64,000 bases of DNA from the human T2T-CHM13v2.0 reference genome, Homo sapiens, in the NCBI RefSeq assembly GCF_009914755.1, contig NC_060925.1. One strand, given 5' to 3'. Below are positions 58,170 through 64,000 of this stretch, piece by piece (positions within the stretch are counted from its first letter, which is position 1; the number at the start of each line of letters is the position of its first letter). The notes under the pieces are model-generated. The model made no database searches, was not told the DNA's origin, and saw nothing but the letters and a program-made list of their open reading frames with translations. A program made the translations under genes and the position numbers.

Positions 58170-58589
58170 CTAGAACATTGAACAGAGAATGGTTCAGAAT
58201 GAAAAATTAAAGCCCAGAGAGAGGAAGCCGCTTGCTCACCAGTGACCCTAGTGACCATGCAGAGCTAGTGACAGAATGAGAACAGAGCCTGGGTCCTCTG
58301 GCCCCAGCCAGGGCTCTTTCCCACCATATGACTTACTTGAAAATGGGGTCTGCCTGGCCCTGGCGCTATCCCTCAAATTTCAACCAGGAGGGAGGCCTCT
58401 TTTCTAGAAGGTGATTTTTTTCAGAGTCCTTCAAGGAGTTGTTGAAGACATAATTTCAGGGTGCCAGGACTCCCACATGTTAACTAGACTACACTGTGAT
58501 TGACGTTAGCTATCCAGCAAGTGGCCATCCAGGGTGCCCTTTTCCACTGGCCAGGAAGGGGATGAAATCAGCTTTAGCCTCTTATGCAT

Positions 58590-59090
58590 TTATCCATCTA
58601 TCCATCAAATAATCGGTCTATCCACTCACTCAACATTTATCCATCCATTCATCCATCTATGCCTCCAATAATCCATCCATCTATCCCTCCAATAATCCAT
58701 CCATCCACTCACCCAACCTTTAATCTATCCATCCGTTTACCCATCTATTCATTTATCTACCTTCCATTTTTCCATCCATCCACTCGTCTATCCATCCATC
58801 CATCATTTCATCCATCCACCCGCCAATTCATCCATCCATCCTTTCATCCATCCACCCGCCAATTCATCCATCCAGCCAGCCAGCTTCTATCTTTCCATTC
58901 ATCCATCCACTAATCCATCCATCCATCCATCCACCCAACCTTTCATCCATCCATCCATTCATCCATCTATCCATCTATGTACCCTTCCACGCATCCACCC
59001 ACCAATTCACCCATTCATCCTTCCATCCATCCACCCTTCCATCCATCCACCCACCAATTCATTCATTTATCCATCCATTCATCCATCCAC
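58590..59090. repeat. Degenerate (TCCA)n repeat
   Basis: Directly visible. Confidence 0.95.
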
Positions 59091-60279
59091 ATATCTAACA
59101 AACATTTGATGAGTGACCCCATGTTCCAGGCACCTTGCTAGGACCTGAAGGTCTGGAGATGCAGAGATGCACAAAACAAAAAATTGGGAACAGCCAGTGG
59201 AGAAAATCCAGCGGCATAGGAGGCATCTCAAAGACATCTAGAGATAAGTGCAGGTAGATGAAAGCTGACTTGACAGGGAGTCAAGCCCCCTGGCTTCCAG
59301 GCCCAACCCTGTCATTAACTTGCTGGAGAGTCTTAGATATGTTCCTTCCATGTTCTCTTTGCTATGGTTTCTTCCTCTATCACTTGAGAAGGTTGGACTA
59401 GCTCAGAGGGCAGGCAGACATTATCCAAAGAGCCCCTGATGAGGAGTATTTTGAGTGAGAGGTTGTAAAGTGCCAAGGGGACAGGGAACAAGAGTTTCTT
59501 TGGTTTTCAGTGAGAGAAGGAGGACCAGAAGATTCTGAAAGAAAAAGAAGGAAGAAATGAAGTAGGGGGGAGTCTGTTCCAGCTCCATGCTGCTGCAGAT
59601 CTTCAAACCATTCCTCTGATCTTCTGCCCTTCCTTGTCAGTCTCTGGATCTGGGGGATCCGATTCCTGATAACTGACAAGGCCCCTGGCCCTTTGTCCTC
59701 CCTTCCCCACCTCCCAGCCCCAGCCTCCCCGCAGCTGTGATAACCCACACGTAGCACTTTACCCTCTGGAATTTATTTTAAGGTCTTGGCTTGTTTATTT
59801 ATTTTATTTAGAGATTTCTCGGCGCTTCGTGGGGAGGAAAATTCGAATGGGGTGATTATGAAATACTATTTCACCTCGCTGTTCATTCACAACAAACAAA
59901 GAGAAATGATTGGTGATTAAAAATGCATTCTCTCTGCTTGTTTTCTTTTGTTTTACCATTATGGAAATATTATAAATACTGAATACTAATATGGACCTGC
60001 GGGGACCTCACAGACCTTCCAGAAACCAAGTCTCCTGTTCTTCCTTGGGGCAAATTCATGCTGTCCTCTGGGGCCCCAAACTAGGGCTCAAACCCCTGCC
60101 ATTGCTCTGGTCCCAGACCAGGCATCCCTATCACCCTGGGCAGCCCCATTCAGTCTTTCCTGGACTGGGACAAGAGTCTCCTCACTTCCTTCTCCTGGTT
60201 CCCTGTTCAGCAGAACGTAGTCAAGGAGAAGAGGGACATGAATATTAAGAGCATTGGCTTAGTCCCAAAGTCACCATTC

Positions 60280-60510
60280 GTGGAGTTTTCCTCCCAGAGT
60301 CAGGCTGCCCGAGCCCAACGCCCTGCTCCACCACTTCCTGGCTGTGTGATCTTGGGCTCCTTGCTTGACCTCTCTGAGCTTCTGTTTCTTCTTCTGTAAT
60401 ATGGCAGTGAAAATGGTACCCACCTCATACGCTTGCTTTAGGGATTAAATGGGATCATAACATCTCATCTGATCATAGCGAACAGAATTGCTTAGTTAAT
60501 GCTGGCTCCT
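60280..60510. mobile_element. MIR
   Basis: ctgtgtgatcttgggc...cttgacctctctgagcttctgtttct. Confidence 0.7.
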
Positions 60511-60769
60511 ATACTCAGTCGTATACCCTCTCCCTTTCCTGGGTCTCAGTTTCTCCCTCTGGAAGGTGAGAGCTATGTTGGTTGCCCTCTGAGATTCCCC
60601 CAGCTCCGGTGGGGTGGAGTGAGGATGTCCTCACCCACCTTGACTCTCTCGGAGACCTTGTTCTCCTTCCTGGGAACGCAGCCTGAGCCTGCCTCGTCGG
60701 AAGCCCTGGGACTCCTTCTTGGATTCTACTTTCTACCATCTCCTTTTAAGCCATAAAACTGGCACTTTC

Positions 60770-61110
60770 CCATTTATTTTCATCACAAACAAATAAATAA
60801 GAGTCAAAGCGCCCCGATCCAATTGCAAAGTGTTACATTGAGTCCGGATAAACAGCGAGTCCTGCGGTGTCCGCATTCCTTTTATCTTTCACTTTATTTA
60901 ACCAAATTAACCGCTGTCCGTGTCCCCTGCGTGTAAGTGTCTCTCTCTGTCATATAAAATACAATCACGCTTGCTTGCTACATGTTTCAGATACTTTATC
61001 ATTAACATCAATTCCAGCCAAATTAGGAGTTTCTCCCAACATAATTGCCCTTCCCATTATCCAGCACTTTATTTTTTCAAAGCACTTTCCGACCATTAAT
61101 TAGTTAACCC
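60770..61110. promoter_or_regulatory. Putative upstream enhancer
   Basis: AT-rich unique sequence retaining CpGs, with TTTAT/TAAT/GATAA motifs, ~12.5 kb upstream of the TSS. Confidence 0.4.
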
Positions 61111-61287
61111 TTAGGACGCCCCAGAGCCGAAGCTCAATGTCACCCTCCCCGCCTCTAAGCTGGGAAGAGGGGATGGGGAGGGGTCAGGTGGTTTGTTGGA
61201 AGTCACCCTGGATGTGGGAGCTGGGGGCTAGGGCGGGACCTTGGAAATCCCCCCTCTAGCCTCAATTCCTGGCCTGGGCTGCCACTG

Positions 61288-61384
61288 ACTTTAATCTGAT
61301 CTGAGGCAGGTGGGGGTCCCCAACACCTTTAAATTTGATCTGAGCTGGCAGGGGGTCCCCAACACTTTAAATCCTCTAGATCTG
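61288..61384. repeat. Degenerate ~39-bp tandem repeat (~2.5 copies)
   Basis: ctttaa...tgatctgag...gggggtccccaacac repeated. Confidence 0.8.
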
Positions 61385-62349
61385 GATCCTCACTATGGTT
61401 CACCAAATGAAAGAGGGAGCAGAATAAAAGATTGGCTGGATGGTGGTACCACCTTTGCTGGGCAAAGGGAAACCAAGACACCCATCAGCCAAAGAGACAA
61501 GCAGGTGCCATATGTGGGAGGCCCAAACCATGCAAACCATGTGTTTGCCCCCACCATCCACAAGCACTCACGGAGTGCCTAAGAGGTGCCACATGCCATG
61601 ACCTCCCTCCTCCAGAATGTCATGAAGACAAGTGCCTTTGGTGTGACAGTTATGGTTACCAACAACCAAAGTAAGGGAAGGCTTGGGGGCCATCTGGAAA
61701 ATGGAATCTCTCAGGCACCGTTCCAGAAGTGTTTGGGGCCCAGCTTGCTCTACAATTCTGCCAACCCTATTCCCTTTCCTGGCTAGGAGCAGTCGTGGTC
61801 TTAGTGGGTCCTGAGCTAGGTGGGCAAGTTAAAAACTTTGGAGCAGACGGCCTGGGAAGATTCAGGGGGAGCCCTCTGAGGAAAACAAAATGATTCATTT
61901 CTTGGACATGGTTCTGGCTCATCAAGATGAACTCTGCCTACGGCTGCTAGGGATACACTGTCGAACCACCAATATTTTACATTTACGGCCACTCCAGAGT
62001 CCTAACTTCTTTAATGATTTTTTTTTTGTCTTAAAATACATGAGCTGGCTCCCACAGGGACACTGCCAGGAACCTTCAGAGAGGTTTTCCAAGAGGCTCG
62101 TTAACTGGAGCATGGTGGGTTTTGCAAATCTTCAGTTTCAGCAGTTTACCTTCCCACCAGCTGCCCGGAGGCTGGGGCCGCTTGAGCTAAGGCAGCCTTG
62201 CAGATAGAACACCAGCTACCAGCCTGGGAATTTTCCCCTGCCTTCCTCCACTCTTTCCATGCTACTGTTCTGTGGGAAATCAGACTGCAGCGAGCTCTTT
62301 CAATCCAAGGAATAGACCTGCTGAGGCAACAGAGCAGAGCTGACCTTGC

Positions 62350-62555
62350 GGTCTCCACAGTCAGACACCCTGGGGTCTGAATCCCAGCTCTACCACTTAC
62401 TAGCCGTTTGACCCTGGGCAGGGTGACATCTCCAAGCCTCAGTCTGTCAACTGGAAAATGCGGCTGTTGAGAGGGCAGAGTGAGATGAAGTACGTGAAGG
62501 TCTTAGCACAGCGCCTGGCCCATAGTGAGTGCTCAGCCTGCCTGAGCTATCATTT
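62350..62555. mobile_element. MIR
   Basis: gaatcccagctctaccacttactagc...gcacagcgcctggcccatagtgagtgctca. Confidence 0.75.
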
Positions 62556-63233
62556 TGGTCAAGGAGCAGATTGTAGGTTTTATTGTGAATTTCATTCCTC
62601 CAACCTTCTGCTTTCATTTTGTCTCCATCTCATTTCTTTCAGACCCTGGGTCTGAATATGGAAGCAGGGTGATGTGGTTAGATAACACCCTGGTTCTTAA
62701 ACTCTTCATTTCATGGAGGGGAACAGACACAGAAAGGAGGAGAAATCTGGTTGGCCCCAAGTCCCCAACCTGCCACCTGAGACAGGTTACCTTCCAGGTG
62801 GCCCTCATGCTGTGAAGTCAGCTCCCTTGCCAGTCACCACTAGCACCGTGAGAGGAGGATAATGTCTGGCCCATCCAGGGTTGTAACCACAGCTCCTATC
62901 CACGCACTTGGCTTGCAGCAGGTGCTTTACTGCTACCAGCTGAATGCTTAAATTGTCCCTGGAAGTGCACTCTTCTTCTGGGTTGGATAATTTTGTGTGT
63001 GTCTCTTAAACTTCTGGAACTCTGTGCAAATAATAGGTAATAGCTTGAAACAGTCAAAAACCACGGGGAACTCTTTACTCAATTGCCACTGCCTTTATAG
63101 TTTCACTTAAAAGTCCTACGGAAACCTTTACCCACCATATTATAAACCCCTTGCAGGAAAAGACTCAAATTCAACTCTGCACCCACTATGGTCCTAGCAC
63201 TAACTTTTGCCCATGAGAAAAATACATGCCATA

Positions 63234-63421
63234 GGCCAGGCACAGTGGCTCACGCCTATAATCCCAGCATTTTGGGAGGCCGAGGTGGGTGGATCACCTG
63301 AGGCCAGGAGTTCAAGACCAGCCTGGCCAACATGGCAAAACCCCGTCTCTACTAAAAATACAAAAATTAGCTGGGCCTGGTGGCACACACCTTTGTAATC
63401 CCAGCTACTCGGGAGGCTGAG
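63234..63421 (+). mobile_element. 3'-truncated Alu
   Basis: Stops at gggaggctgagg in the right arm; no tail. Confidence 0.9.
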
Positions 63422-63639
63422 GTACTCATCTTCCTCTAACCAATGATATTCCTGCAATCACACACTCATTTGTTTATTTATTCACTCTACACATACTTAC
63501 CAAGTGTCAGGTTCAGCTGAGCTGGGTTTGAATCTTGGCTCTACCACTTACTAGCTAGGAGAACTTAGGCAAGTGACTTAACCAGGCCAAGCCTAGTTTC
63601 TTCCTCTGTGAGAGGGTAAGAGTTGATGAGACACAGTGA

Positions 63640-64000
<361 letters not shown>

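Overview
Human (primate) genomic DNA, GC-rich, with about 20 Alu elements and many MIR/L2/MER relics. No supportable protein-coding exon is present, and the supplied ORFs look like chance, Alu-derived or low-complexity frames. The window holds the 5' end of a minus-strand gene that I identify from memory of its exon architecture as CASZ1 (1p36.22); no database check was possible. Visible parts are a ~3.2-kb CpG-island promoter (45.4-48.7 kb), a non-coding first exon with donor CAG|GTAAGA at 48281, a 35,753-bp intron 1, a 157-bp exon 2 (12371-12527), part of intron 2 (1-12370) and ~15.5 kb of upstream DNA. The most notable observations: (i) spliced exon 1+2 form one unbroken reading frame with three in-frame ATGs, one in strong Kozak context, so a uORF or N-terminal extension is possible; (ii) a 129-bp candidate cassette exon that would close that frame and add two short uORFs; (iii) a CCAAT cluster just upstream of exon 2; (iv) several non-transposon local duplications; (v) a 1-kb UG-rich intronic tract, Z-DNA/H-DNA/G4-prone tracts and many enhancer-like AT-rich islands. 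I found no evidence of a wholly new biological system.
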